64,000 nucleotides of DNA, taken from sequence record NC_048053.1; one strand, written 5' to 3'. Position numbers and translations under genes: made by a program. Shown piece by piece: positions 54,623 to 63,998 of this stretch. A model generated the notes under the pieces. That model did no database searches and was not told the DNA's origin. It was given only the letters and a program-made list of their open reading frames with translations. Position 1 is the stretch's first letter; each line of letters opens with the position of its first letter.

Positions 54623-55110
54623 CGCAAACTCCTGAGATCGCCTAGACGGTCATCGTCGTGCGCTCCTGTGGTTGTTGAGTAAATAGCGCCTGAGATACTA
54701 TGCAATTTCTGCCGCACCAAAGACACTTCCGTATGCAGGTCGTTCATCGATTGCATCAAATCGCGAACAACACCGTTTGTAAATTGAGTATCGCGACCAA
54801 GTGCGTTTAAAGAGCGCTCCAATTCATGCGTTGCTCGCAGAACATCGGATAGCATCTTTACCGAACCTGCATCTTGATTCTCTTCTTTCAGTTTAGAAAT
54901 TAAAGTTTTGATTGCTTCCAAACCTTCGGAAACTTCCGAAGTATCTAAACCACCTTCGGCCTCTTTCCTTTTATATTCTTTCAGTTCTTCCAGAGAAGGA
55001 ATCACCTTAAAATAATAAAATGCGCCGCCCGCAATCAAGGCAACGCACGCAAGGATAGTAGGCGTATTAGATCCCAAAAGCTGACCGATTAAATCCAGCA
55101 ATGCGCCCAT
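54619..55110 (-). CDS. Membrane protein with long coiled coil
   Basis: TM TILACVALIAGGAFYYF then heptads. Confidence 0.75.
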   Translation of the reverse strand: MGALLDLIGQLLGSNTPTILACVALIAGGAFYYFKVIPSLEELKEYKRKEAEGGLDTSEVSEGLEAIKTLISKLKEENQDAGSVKMLSDVLRATHELERSLNALGRDTQFTNGVVRDLMQSMNDLHTEVSLVRQKLHSISGAIYSTTTGAHDDDRLGDLRSLR

Positions 55111-55111
55111 T

Positions 55112-55387
55112 TTATTTTCCTTTGCAAGTATTATTCAGACTCACAATTAATCGAACCGCCCCGGAATTTACGTCGGTCGTCTGAACCACTCGCGCAACTC
55201 TAGGAGGGAACTCAATGCAGTTCCCTAGAGTGCTATCCGAAACGCATACGGCAGTAACACAACTCACAATTTCGTCGCCAAGAATATTGGAAGGCGTATA
55301 AGATTTTCTGCTAGATGCGAATGCAAGAATCAGAACGAATCCTACGAACAAAACAATGAGTAGCTTTGCCTTTTTTGCACCAGTCAT
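55112..55387 (-). CDS. Membrane-anchored small Cys-containing protein
   Basis: ATG 55387 after AGGAG; N-terminal TM, 4 Cys. Confidence 0.7.
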   Translation of the reverse strand: MTGAKKAKLLIVLFVGFVLILAFASSRKSYTPSNILGDEIVSCVTAVCVSDSTLGNCIEFPPRVARVVQTTDVNSGAVRLIVSLNNTCKGK

Positions 55388-55423
55388 TAAAGCCACTCCT
55401 TCCCGAAACTTTCTAGAAATAAA

Positions 55424-56287
55424 TTATCGAGAAAGTGTTCCATCAAGGGAGGGCAGAATATTTTTCATCAAGATTTGTTCGTCTTCTGATTTGAGGTTTT
55501 CTGGACGCACTAAAAGCTCAACAGAGAGTTTTGAATCTTGATAAACAGGACGCAAGGCAATATCTAAATTGATATAAGAGAATCTGCCAATAGTGGTATG
55601 CACGCGATTGATTGCGTTAATGTAGTGGTTGACTTGACCTCGATCTATTACCGTGGAAAACTCATCATCCACCACGTAATTCAATCCGCTGACAATGAAG
55701 CCTTTTTCTTTGCCTTGCAGTTCCATCAATGTCTTTTTCAATTGCTGCAAAGTTTGGATATAAAAAACTTCATGTTCAGCTTTAATGCAGGACGAAACAA
55801 CATCATCGCTGTCTCGTGAAATTGATTGCGTTCCAAGAAGAATATATAAAGGAACATTTTTTCTATCAGCAGATTCAACAAGGAAATTTATTTTTTCGCA
55901 CATAGGTTGAAACGTCTGAATGAAAAGATACGCGTTTTTATACTTCTCTTGAATATCAGTGGGAAGGTAGCTTAGAAAGTCTTTGTCTATGCTGACTAAT
56001 CTCTTCGGATGATAAAATTCAATTTTTTGAGACACTGCATCCATGTACTCATCGAATTCAGGACGAGACAAATTTTTAATGATAGGAACATAAAGCACAA
56101 CGGTAGGTTGTTGCAGCATCCTTGCCGCAACAGTTGTGCCGTAGAAAGATCCTGCATAGCTCTGAACCATTACTACGGAGTCGATATCGGCACGTAAACC
56201 ATTAGACCAAAACCAGAGACAGGCTCCAAAAACTCCGCTAATAATGTTTCTGGCGCTGAGGGATCTGTATAGACTTTTTCCGGCCAC
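55424..56287 (-). CDS. Probable secreted protein, periplasmic-binding-protein-like
   Basis: GTG 56287 after GGAG, signal-peptide-like N-end; VVMVQSY..YHPKRLVSID pattern; alternative start ATG ~56170. Confidence 0.55.
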   Translation of the reverse strand: MAGKSLYRSLSARNIISGVFGACLWFWSNGLRADIDSVVMVQSYAGSFYGTTVAARMLQQPTVVLYVPIIKNLSRPEFDEYMDAVSQKIEFYHPKRLVSIDKDFLSYLPTDIQEKYKNAYLFIQTFQPMCEKINFLVESADRKNVPLYILLGTQSISRDSDDVVSSCIKAEHEVFYIQTLQQLKKTLMELQGKEKGFIVSGLNYVVDDEFSTVIDRGQVNHYINAINRVHTTIGRFSYINLDIALRPVYQDSKLSVELLVRPENLKSEDEQILMKNILPSLDGTLSR

Positions 56288-56973
56288 ACAATTTCTCCAC
56301 TCAAATCTGTACAGAAACAAAAACCTTTTCCTTCTCCGAACTCATGAGTAAACGCCCAAAGCGGAGAAGGTTCTTCCTGAATTGTAACCATGCCGCGAAC
56401 AGCACTGGAATTAATTGCATCATCAACTTTCGCACTTAACAAACGAACAGTTTCATTCAGAGTGTTAACGCGCCCGGTGTTTGCTGTAGTGCGAGCATTG
56501 AGATTACTTAGCATCACACTGAAACCGGAAGATAGCTGAGATTTAATTGCATCAGCATACGAACGCGGAATAACTTCGTTGGCTACAAACGCGCTGACAG
56601 TGCGCGGCAACAAAGGCGCTTCAAGCTGACCGCCTTTAGCAGAAAGAATGACAGGTTCAGGCAAGTCACTTTGATCCCATTGCTGAACAGCAACGAAATC
56701 ATCGTACTCTGAAATCAGTTCCCACGTAAATTGTTTGCCGTTAGATGCAACCTTATTCACGCGTTTATAAACTGATTTGTAATCCTGCGCATCGATATCA
56801 GTTACAACCCAAACTCCATCAAGAGGGAAAACATGATCTGTGGGTTCGTTGTCTGAAAGAATCACAACAACTTCTGGCGCAAGTCGATAAACAATATCAT
56901 TGGTCGAACTCAATCCTTGTTGTCGCGCCAAATCAACAAGAGTATCAACGTAGTTGCTCAACTTACTCATCAT
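56173..56973 (-). CDS. Virion/fibre-associated protein
   Basis: ATG 56973 after GGAGG; coiled coil and C-terminal FTHEFG domain. Confidence 0.7.
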   Translation of the reverse strand: MMSKLSNYVDTLVDLARQQGLSSTNDIVYRLAPEVVVILSDNEPTDHVFPLDGVWVVTDIDAQDYKSVYKRVNKVASNGKQFTWELISEYDDFVAVQQWDQSDLPEPVILSAKGGQLEAPLLPRTVSAFVANEVIPRSYADAIKSQLSSGFSVMLSNLNARTTANTGRVNTLNETVRLLSAKVDDAINSSAVRGMVTIQEEPSPLWAFTHEFGEGKGFCFCTDLSGEIVWPEKVYTDPSAPETLLAEFLEPVSGFGLMVYVPISTP

Positions 56974-57421
56974 GCGCCTCCAAAATATCGGCAAAATGTT
57001 TAGAGTACGCTTCGGCAAAGAACGGCAGATTTGAAAGATCAATTTCAATCACGCTGTAAGCACCGTTATCATAAACTAAAACTTTTTGCGGTTTATATGG
57101 CGCAAGCGTTAACGCAGCGAGAAACGCACGACCAAACGCGCCTGAGATATTCACATGCACATTAAGTTCAGGCACATAAATTTCTTCTTGCAGTCGCGTT
57201 TGATAGTTTTCCAAAACATCCGTTGGCAGAGACAAAAGTTTCGGCGCTTCGTAGTCAGGACGCACATCAATTGTTTTGCGATCCGGATAATAAATAAAAG
57301 CAGATGGATCGCCAAGATATCGCCCGAATAGTTCCGAATCAACTTCGATGGAGGTAGGCGTTTCTTCGCGCACACGCCCGTAAATTTCTCCTGTCTCCGC
57401 ATTCACGCTAAGATAAATCAT
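56963..57421 (-). CDS. Tail fibre assembly chaperone-like protein
   Basis: Directly downstream of fibre gene; acidic 152 aa. Confidence 0.5.
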   Translation of the reverse strand: MIYLSVNAETGEIYGRVREETPTSIEVDSELFGRYLGDPSAFIYYPDRKTIDVRPDYEAPKLLSLPTDVLENYQTRLQEEIYVPELNVHVNISGAFGRAFLAALTLAPYKPQKVLVYDNGAYSVIEIDLSNLPFFAEAYSKHFADILEAHDE

Positions 57422-57422
57422 T

Positions 57423-58241
57423 TTAATCCCCTATTGCGGAATAGTAGAAATCCCAACCTACAGTATTCGCACCAGTGGACTTGAGCATGAAGCCACCAAG
57501 CAGAACGTTCTCTTTAACTGCCGTGCCATCAGTGTTGTAGATGGAATAAGTTTTTGCCTGATTCGTTGCGTTATTCAAGAACGTAATCGTAAGCGATGCA
57601 CAACGGTTCAAGAAAGGTTTGTTGAATGCAACGTTAATCGCACTCTGAGAAGCAGGCGCAATTGCACGACCGAAGTTTGTTGTGCGTCCAGTGTTAGGAT
57701 CGTAATCACTTCCAACAAACGCACCAACAATTTCTTTTCCGGTTAACGGATCTAAAACTGGAGAAACTTCGTATTCATTTATAATTGCATCACGACCAGC
57801 AGGGCCAGTCGGGCCAATTGCACCAGTCGGGCCAACCGGGCCAGTTTCACCAGTCGGGCCAATCGGGCCAGTATTTCCAGTTGGCCCTTGTCGTCCTCTT
57901 GTTCCACGAATTCCCGGACAACCCGGTTCACCGTCGCGCCCGTCTTTGCCGTCTTTGCCGTTATTTCCCTGAATGCCTTGCTTACCTTGTTTCCCTTCTT
58001 TACCTGCTTTCATTTGATCCGCAGTAGGTAAACCAGAAACAGATTTTTGCGTGCCGTCCTGAAAAATAATCGTTAACGTTCCTGTTTGACTATCAAAGGA
58101 AACGCTCGACAAATCCGCGCTAGGATCATCTTTGTTCTCATCACGAAAGCCAACCTGATTTTCTGAAACTTTCGCAAGAACTTGATTGACTGTTCCGCCC
58201 TTCGGATCAATTAGAGCGGGATCTACTTGTACCAATCCCAT
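57423..58241 (-). CDS. Collagen-like tail fibre protein
   Basis: 24 Gly-X-Y triplets; C-terminal FG..VAFNKPF..C..AIG fibre-tip domain. Confidence 0.82.
   Translation of the reverse strand: MGLVQVDPALIDPKGGTVNQVLAKVSENQVGFRDENKDDPSADLSSVSFDSQTGTLTIIFQDGTQKSVSGLPTADQMKAGKEGKQGKQGIQGNNGKDGKDGRDGEPGCPGIRGTRGRQGPTGNTGPIGPTGETGPVGPTGAIGPTGPAGRDAIINEYEVSPVLDPLTGKEIVGAFVGSDYDPNTGRTTNFGRAIAPASQSAINVAFNKPFLNRCASLTITFLNNATNQAKTYSIYNTDGTAVKENVLLGGFMLKSTGANTVGWDFYYSAIGD
57789..58004 (-). repeat. Collagen (Gly-X-Y)24 coding repeat
   Basis: GKEGKQ...GPTGPAGRD; DNA repeats of CCAGTCGGGCC on + strand. Confidence 0.95.
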
Positions 58242-58252
58242 ATTTAAATTCC

Positions 58253-58453
58253 TCAAACAAGGCTGATAAATTCAGGCTCGTTAGGTTGACCATAGTTCGG
58301 ATTTTTCAGTTTCGTATTGTTCGGAGTCATACGAACCCAAACAGTTACGCCGTCTGGACGAGTCCAGCGAACCTTCATCCCACCTTTGGTTAAATTAGAG
58401 ATCCATGCACCAGTAGACGGATTTTTTATTGCTAATCTTCCAATTGCAGGCAT
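58253..58453 (-). CDS. Small hypothetical virion-module protein
   Basis: GGAG SD; W..MTPNNTKLKNP motif. Confidence 0.65.
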   Translation of the reverse strand: MPAIGRLAIKNPSTGAWISNLTKGGMKVRWTRPDGVTVWVRMTPNNTKLKNPNYGQPNEPEFISLV

Positions 58454-58463
58454 GTTTCTTTCT

Positions 58464-58493
58464 CCAAAAGAATTGGCGGCATTACACCGCCAA
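58464..58493 (-). terminator. Intrinsic terminator
   Basis: Minus strand TTGGCGG-TGTAATG-CCGCCAA-TTCTTTT. Confidence 0.7.
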
Positions 58494-58497
58494 CGTA

Positions 58498-61400
58498 TTA
58501 CAGGTCAACAATCGAAATTGAGTAAGTGCAGTTTGAACCAGTAAAGAAGACTTCAATGTATTTGAAATCTCGCGTTGTATCGTGATCCATAAAATATGTG
58601 CCACGCGCTGTAGCTCGAACCGCAGTTACACCAACACGACGCAAGTGCATTTCACCGCTGCCGCCTGTCCAATCAACTCGAATGCGGAATGCGCCTCGAC
58701 GTGCCTGAGACTCAACGTTGTGAATGAAAACGCGACTGACATATTTTCCAGAGTTATAGCTTCCGGACATTCCTTTCACACTATCATCACGCGTGTTGTA
58801 ATCCCAAGCTGTACCGTCACCAGTACCCTGCATTCGTACATCGTAATAAGGCGTGTAATCCAACTCCGCATAGTGAGCAATATAAATTTCATGTTGCCCG
58901 CCAGAGTTAGGAAGGTTTCGATAAATCGGACCAGACGGATAATCGTAAGGCGCTTGTCCACCTTTCGGAGAAGAATCAAGCCACAAACCATCACGGAAAA
59001 TATCTACACGGTCAGGAACAGTATAGTGTTCAGACCACAAAATAAATACGCCCGTGTTGTTTCGATAAAGTTGTCGTCTCCATTCAACACCTTGACCGCC
59101 GGAACTCGCAGCACTACCAAACGGAGTACCATCATCATCCAAGATCGTACATGCGCCGACGCTACGAGTAAATTCAGAACGAGAAAGATCAGAAAGAACG
59201 AGATAAAAATATTCATCACCTTCTGTCAATTTATCCTGATACACTTGCACCGAAACTTGAACTGTCTGCACGCCAACCGGGAATAAAAGTTGGCGAGGTT
59301 CAATTGGAATGTAGTCTTGAGGATCGCCAACGTTTCCGTTTGTTCTCACATCAGAATACCCACCGAGGCCGCCCCACAATCCGGTCATGCCGCTAATCAG
59401 TTGATGACTTCCAATCTGATTACGCACGCTATCCATATCCAAGTTTTCACCGCTGTATGCGCCGGAATAGTTCACGTAAAAACGGTTAGCCAACATGTTC
59501 GCGCTATGGAATACGTTTGATTGTCCAGTAAGAACCATCATACCTGTACCACGACGAACAGAGTTTTCTAGTGCTTTCGTAAATGCAATTCCGATTTTTG
59601 CAGCAGGATTTGGATTCGCAGAAATAAAGATAACGATAACGTATTGGTCGAAGATAAGAGCAGATGGAGCGCCGCCGTAAAGCTGTGTCCATCCTGCAAC
59701 GTCAACCGTGAACTGCATACTTCTTAAATGGTTTACTAACGTTGAACCGAAATCATTTGCGCCACCTTCATTAATTCGATAGGCACCAGTTGGATAAGGA
59801 CTGCCAGTGAATGAATCGCCGACAATTAAAATCTTATCGTTTCGGTGTCCGTGTCCTAACCAATCAATTGCGTTAGTAAGGAACTGACGAGTCTGCGCAT
59901 TGTTTGCCAGATTGTTATTGGTGAATGCGTCGAGGCTGCCGCCCCACACAACACGCGTAGTCTGATAGTCAATATACGAGAACGGAGAAACGCCGCCCGG
60001 TGTAATCATTCGCCGAGCAGTAGTTTCATTACTTACGCAGCGTGCAGTACCGTCGCGAGTTTGCACCGTCATTGTAATCGCACGACCCATAACTACTTCA
60101 CTCGCAGTAACAGTAAATGTCACCGTTGAGTATCCGAGATTGCTTCCTTCGACAACTGAAACATCATTGACGGAGAATGTCGGATAGTTACCGAGATCCA
60201 TACACGGATGTTCGACGCTTACTACAAAATCTTTTGCTTCATACATCGGCAATTTATGGAAACGAACATCGCGCAATTCTGCGTTATGTTTTACTCCATA
60301 GTATTTACTTCCATCCGGATCATCCAACACTTTATAGTAGTTGGAATGTTGGCTCGCCTGATCATTAAAAAGACCTTTGTTTGTTACCGCAGGCTTTGAA
60401 AAGAGTTGAGTACCAGTGACATAAGGCCAGCCATTCGGATCAAAGGAGTAGCCAACGTCGAAAGTAGAATTCGGATCGCTGGACATTGAACCTTTGTACA
60501 TTTCATTTATTGCATTTCCTTCACCTACGCCGGGACTACCAAAACAATTGTATGCCCCGCGATACTGGAAGTTTGTATCTTCCCATACACGGCGACTTGC
60601 ACCGATGCGATACATTGCAGCAGGCAACCCGCCAGTAAGACGGTTGTAAGAACACTCATCAAACATTGTGACAAGTACCCAATAGTTTCCGTCAATGCTA
60701 TTCAGATATGCAGCCATAGCCGCAGCATTTGCAATGCCGTCTGCGCTTCCTTCTCCGGCTGATCCGTGAATGTCAAAACTTCTACGTTCAACAAGTTCGC
60801 GCGTTGCTTTACTGATTTTATAAACGTTCAGCGAACGAACATCGTCGTAACGTGTTCCATTAATAACTGTGAAACCGGGATTGCTGCCGGAAGCATTAGG
60901 AACACCATAGCCAACAACGTGGCAAAAATATTGGGAACGCGCAGCGAGAGATTGAGCGCTATCATTCTGCCAAGTTATTTTATGGTAGCCTGCTTGAATT
61001 CCATTGCGCCAGTCATCGGGCTTATATGGATACACGCTAATATCGTAATCCACACTAAAGCCATCTTCCGGATCAGCGCAACAATAATCTTTGTAGAAAA
61101 ACGGGGAATTCAAACGCACGTCATCGTTGATATCAACGTCAGCGCACATGAATGGAATCCACGTTCCCGGTTGTCCACTCATTGAAGATTGCCGCGCTTC
61201 TCCTGTATCGGTAAACCAATATCCCTGCGCAGAACGATAACCTAGTTTATAGTGAAGCTGTTCAACACCATTCCATGCAACGTGATTATTGTATGCGTTA
61301 ATATTCGCATCATGAGCGCGTTTGGTGCAAACAATATTCGTATCGCGATTGGCATAAATACCAATTGGATTAAAAATTGCGTTGAAGTTAGCTACACCTT

Positions 61401-62031
61401 CACCTGGCCCTTTTTGCAACACAACAAAAGAAATTCCTTCTTTGATTGCATTGCGAATCGCTGCCGCCATCGTATCGTTAATGGTTCGGCCTGTGCTTGA
61501 AAGCAGGAAAATTGTCAGGGCAAATTGTTTGAAATAATGAGGCTGTCCGTCATAGCCGTATGCACCGGAAGCAATTTCATTAACGTGATGCGGAAGAACA
61601 TCGTAACGTTTCTTCTGCAAGAAATAACAGAACTGACCCCACTGACCAAAGTTAGTGCGATCAGTAACTGACGCGCTATCACTCATAATCAGAATACTTT
61701 TTCCGTGAGTGAAGTTTGCGCCCATATCCATCATAATGCGAAGTTGGCGCAGCATTCCCGTAATGCTGTTTACGTTTTCTTTAGAGTAGTCGCCGACCCA
61801 ACCGCCGCTAGGATTAACTTCAAAGGAATACGGAGTGAGAAACGCGCCATTCATAAACGCGCCACCGTAACCGCAAATAAATCCGGAAGCGTGACCGTCA
61901 ATTGCAATTCCGGTCATCGTTCCGCGATCTTCTGCCATGTTTGCGTCAGCCCAACTTTGGGTATTCGAACCACCACCGCCCGAATACCCGAAAGTAAGAC
62001 CTCGCAGATATAAACAACTCCGCTTGATCAT
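58498..62031 (-). CDS. Large mosaic tail/fibre protein (ILEI, Calx-beta, two flavodoxin/GATase-like domains)
   Basis: ILEI: RSLNVYKI..RRSFD..LVTMFDE..YRGAY; Calx-beta: FSVNDVSVVEG..DGTA / DY..LLFPVG..EGDEYFYLVLS..ILDDD. Confidence 0.78.
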   Translation of the reverse strand: MIKRSCLYLRGLTFGYSGGGGSNTQSWADANMAEDRGTMTGIAIDGHASGFICGYGGAFMNGAFLTPYSFEVNPSGGWVGDYSKENVNSITGMLRQLRIMMDMGANFTHGKSILIMSDSASVTDRTNFGQWGQFCYFLQKKRYDVLPHHVNEIASGAYGYDGQPHYFKQFALTIFLLSSTGRTINDTMAAAIRNAIKEGISFVVLQKGPGEGVANFNAIFNPIGIYANRDTNIVCTKRAHDANINAYNNHVAWNGVEQLHYKLGYRSAQGYWFTDTGEARQSSMSGQPGTWIPFMCADVDINDDVRLNSPFFYKDYCCADPEDGFSVDYDISVYPYKPDDWRNGIQAGYHKITWQNDSAQSLAARSQYFCHVVGYGVPNASGSNPGFTVINGTRYDDVRSLNVYKISKATRELVERRSFDIHGSAGEGSADGIANAAAMAAYLNSIDGNYWVLVTMFDECSYNRLTGGLPAAMYRIGASRRVWEDTNFQYRGAYNCFGSPGVGEGNAINEMYKGSMSSDPNSTFDVGYSFDPNGWPYVTGTQLFSKPAVTNKGLFNDQASQHSNYYKVLDDPDGSKYYGVKHNAELRDVRFHKLPMYEAKDFVVSVEHPCMDLGNYPTFSVNDVSVVEGSNLGYSTVTFTVTASEVVMGRAITMTVQTRDGTARCVSNETTARRMITPGGVSPFSYIDYQTTRVVWGGSLDAFTNNNLANNAQTRQFLTNAIDWLGHGHRNDKILIVGDSFTGSPYPTGAYRINEGGANDFGSTLVNHLRSMQFTVDVAGWTQLYGGAPSALIFDQYVIVIFISANPNPAAKIGIAFTKALENSVRRGTGMMVLTGQSNVFHSANMLANRFYVNYSGAYSGENLDMDSVRNQIGSHQLISGMTGLWGGLGGYSDVRTNGNVGDPQDYIPIEPRQLLFPVGVQTVQVSVQVYQDKLTEGDEYFYLVLSDLSRSEFTRSVGACTILDDDGTPFGSAASSGGQGVEWRRQLYRNNTGVFILWSEHYTVPDRVDIFRDGLWLDSSPKGGQAPYDYPSGPIYRNLPNSGGQHEIYIAHYAELDYTPYYDVRMQGTGDGTAWDYNTRDDSVKGMSGSYNSGKYVSRVFIHNVESQARRGAFRIRVDWTGGSGEMHLRRVGVTAVRATARGTYFMDHDTTRDFKYIEVFFTGSNCTYSISIVDL

Positions 62032-62039
62032 TTTTATTT

Positions 62040-63998
62040 TTACCCGTAAGTGACTGTTACGTTAACTCGCAAATCAACGTATTGCTCATCATCCTGTGGA
62101 GTATAAACAGTAACAACGCCGACCCAACCATTAGCTGCGCTAGGCAACTGCGCAAGACTTGCAGTGTAGATCGTACCAGTCCATGTAAAACTTGTTGAAA
62201 CAGCAACGATACTTCTGTTACCGATTGTTAAAGGCCACGGTTCATATTCCAAGTTGCCCCACAAGTCACCATGTTTTGTTTCGTTTGTTTTCTGGAAATA
62301 TCCACCAGTTGACGCAACAGCAGGAGTTAATGCGCTTCCTCTTCCTGCGCCTGTCCAACGGTTTCCATCAACAGTTGCAATTCTGAAATTCAGATTCACT
62401 GTATGGTCAACGTTACCCCAATAACGCAGAACGCCTTTGCTCATCGTCCAGATAGAGTTATTAGGATTGTTTGGATCATCAACAGAGAGACAGTTATAAG
62501 GAACAGAAAAATCTTGCACATTAAGTTTAGGAGGCTGAATTGGGCACCAGACAAAATAACTCCAATCACATCCGATACCACTCGTTACGCGCACCGTGAT
62601 ATTGCTACGGAGAACGTGTTCCGGATACTTCCAGAATTCGAGTGTTCCTGATTGTCCTGCCAAAAGATTTTCAGTATCGAGCAGATTCATTTCCTGATCG
62701 AAAACTTCAAACTTCGTATCGAAACTTCCGGCACGCACATCAACTAAGCCTGCGCGAATATCCGTTTGTGTTCCTAATGCAAAGTTATCTTCTGTAGTTG
62801 GATGCCCTGCGCTCACTACCCAATCATACTGACAAGGGAAGCGATATTCGCGTGCGCCTCTTTCGTTCGGACAATACAGAGAATAGTAGAAGCTATTAAT
62901 AGAATTATTTTTTCCAAAATCTTTCGCCACAACTCTAACCATAAGATCAAAGTTTTGTGTGCCTGTAGGATCGTAGTAAAAATAAAGATAGCCGCGACCA
63001 GTTTGTGCTTCTTGTGTTGACGCAATTCTTCGGCCTGCATGATAAACTTCGATGTAATCTAAGTTATCCCATGACGTATAGTTAAGATAAGTCCAACCAA
63101 CGTTGTTGCCGATGTAGTGATAGTATTCGAATGCGCTGCTATCAACAATACGATCTGCAATAGGCCAAACAGTTGCGTGACACGGCGCAGGAAAAATTGG
63201 TGTGCCAATGTATTCAGGAACAATAACATCCGGATAAGTTAAAACGTCATATGCCGCCTGACTATCCAGCGCTAAGTTTGCGCGGTCAGTAGTTGCATTG
63301 AGTTTTGGCGGTATGACTTGTAAACTCCAGTTCGCACCTTGAGAAGTACGAACACGGATCATGATACGCATATCTTCTGCATCAGGATCGTTAAGGAATT
63401 TAATTCGACCACGACCGCCAACTTTTCCGCACGTAGATGCAACGCGAATTCCTTCGGCGTAAACATCCACACTTAAACCGTCTGCGTGATACGACGCAAA
63501 AGTTATTTCAACGTAACCTTCTTGTCGAGGAATTGCGAAAATAGTTTCAGTGATTTGTGCGCCGCGAGAATGAACACTCGCCCACGGAACATTTGGATTC
63601 GTCCACGTTCCTAAACCTGCTTGCGATGCAAGACCAGTCGGATCGTAACTTTCAATTGTTCTTATTCCCGGTCGAGTAATATAACGCGACGTAGGAGGAA
63701 CGTTTCCAATTCCAACACCGAAACCGGTTCGCGCAGCATCCGGTAAATCATATCCAGCAGGATAACCTTTTAACGGATCATATTTAGGGCCACGCGAACC
63801 GTCGCCAGTACCGGAACCTTTTGTTGTGGAAGTTGGAGCGCCACCACAATTCCCGATTTCCTGATTGATACAAGGATCGTCATAGTTAGGATCAAACTCT
63901 GCATCAATATCGTACCAGCGTTTTCCATGCAGACCGCGAACAGAAAAAGTATCGACTGTTAATGGTTGCCACGTATTTTCTTTTGTTCGGATGAACAT
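62040..63998 (-). CDS. Virion protein with three tandem beta-sandwich repeats (may extend beyond window)
   Basis: Three repeats of G.V.....D..EV....R.AST....G.G.L.F.......VRV......W.....CP. Confidence 0.72.
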   Translation of the reverse strand: MFIRTKENTWQPLTVDTFSVRGLHGKRWYDIDAEFDPNYDDPCINQEIGNCGGAPTSTTKGSGTGDGSRGPKYDPLKGYPAGYDLPDAARTGFGVGIGNVPPTSRYITRPGIRTIESYDPTGLASQAGLGTWTNPNVPWASVHSRGAQITETIFAIPRQEGYVEITFASYHADGLSVDVYAEGIRVASTCGKVGGRGRIKFLNDPDAEDMRIMIRVRTSQGANWSLQVIPPKLNATTDRANLALDSQAAYDVLTYPDVIVPEYIGTPIFPAPCHATVWPIADRIVDSSAFEYYHYIGNNVGWTYLNYTSWDNLDYIEVYHAGRRIASTQEAQTGRGYLYFYYDPTGTQNFDLMVRVVAKDFGKNNSINSFYYSLYCPNERGAREYRFPCQYDWVVSAGHPTTEDNFALGTQTDIRAGLVDVRAGSFDTKFEVFDQEMNLLDTENLLAGQSGTLEFWKYPEHVLRSNITVRVTSGIGCDWSYFVWCPIQPPKLNVQDFSVPYNCLSVDDPNNPNNSIWTMSKGVLRYWGNVDHTVNLNFRIATVDGNRWTGAGRGSALTPAVASTGGYFQKTNETKHGDLWGNLEYEPWPLTIGNRSIVAVSTSFTWTGTIYTASLAQLPSAANGWVGVVTVYTPQDDEQYVDLRVNVTVTYG

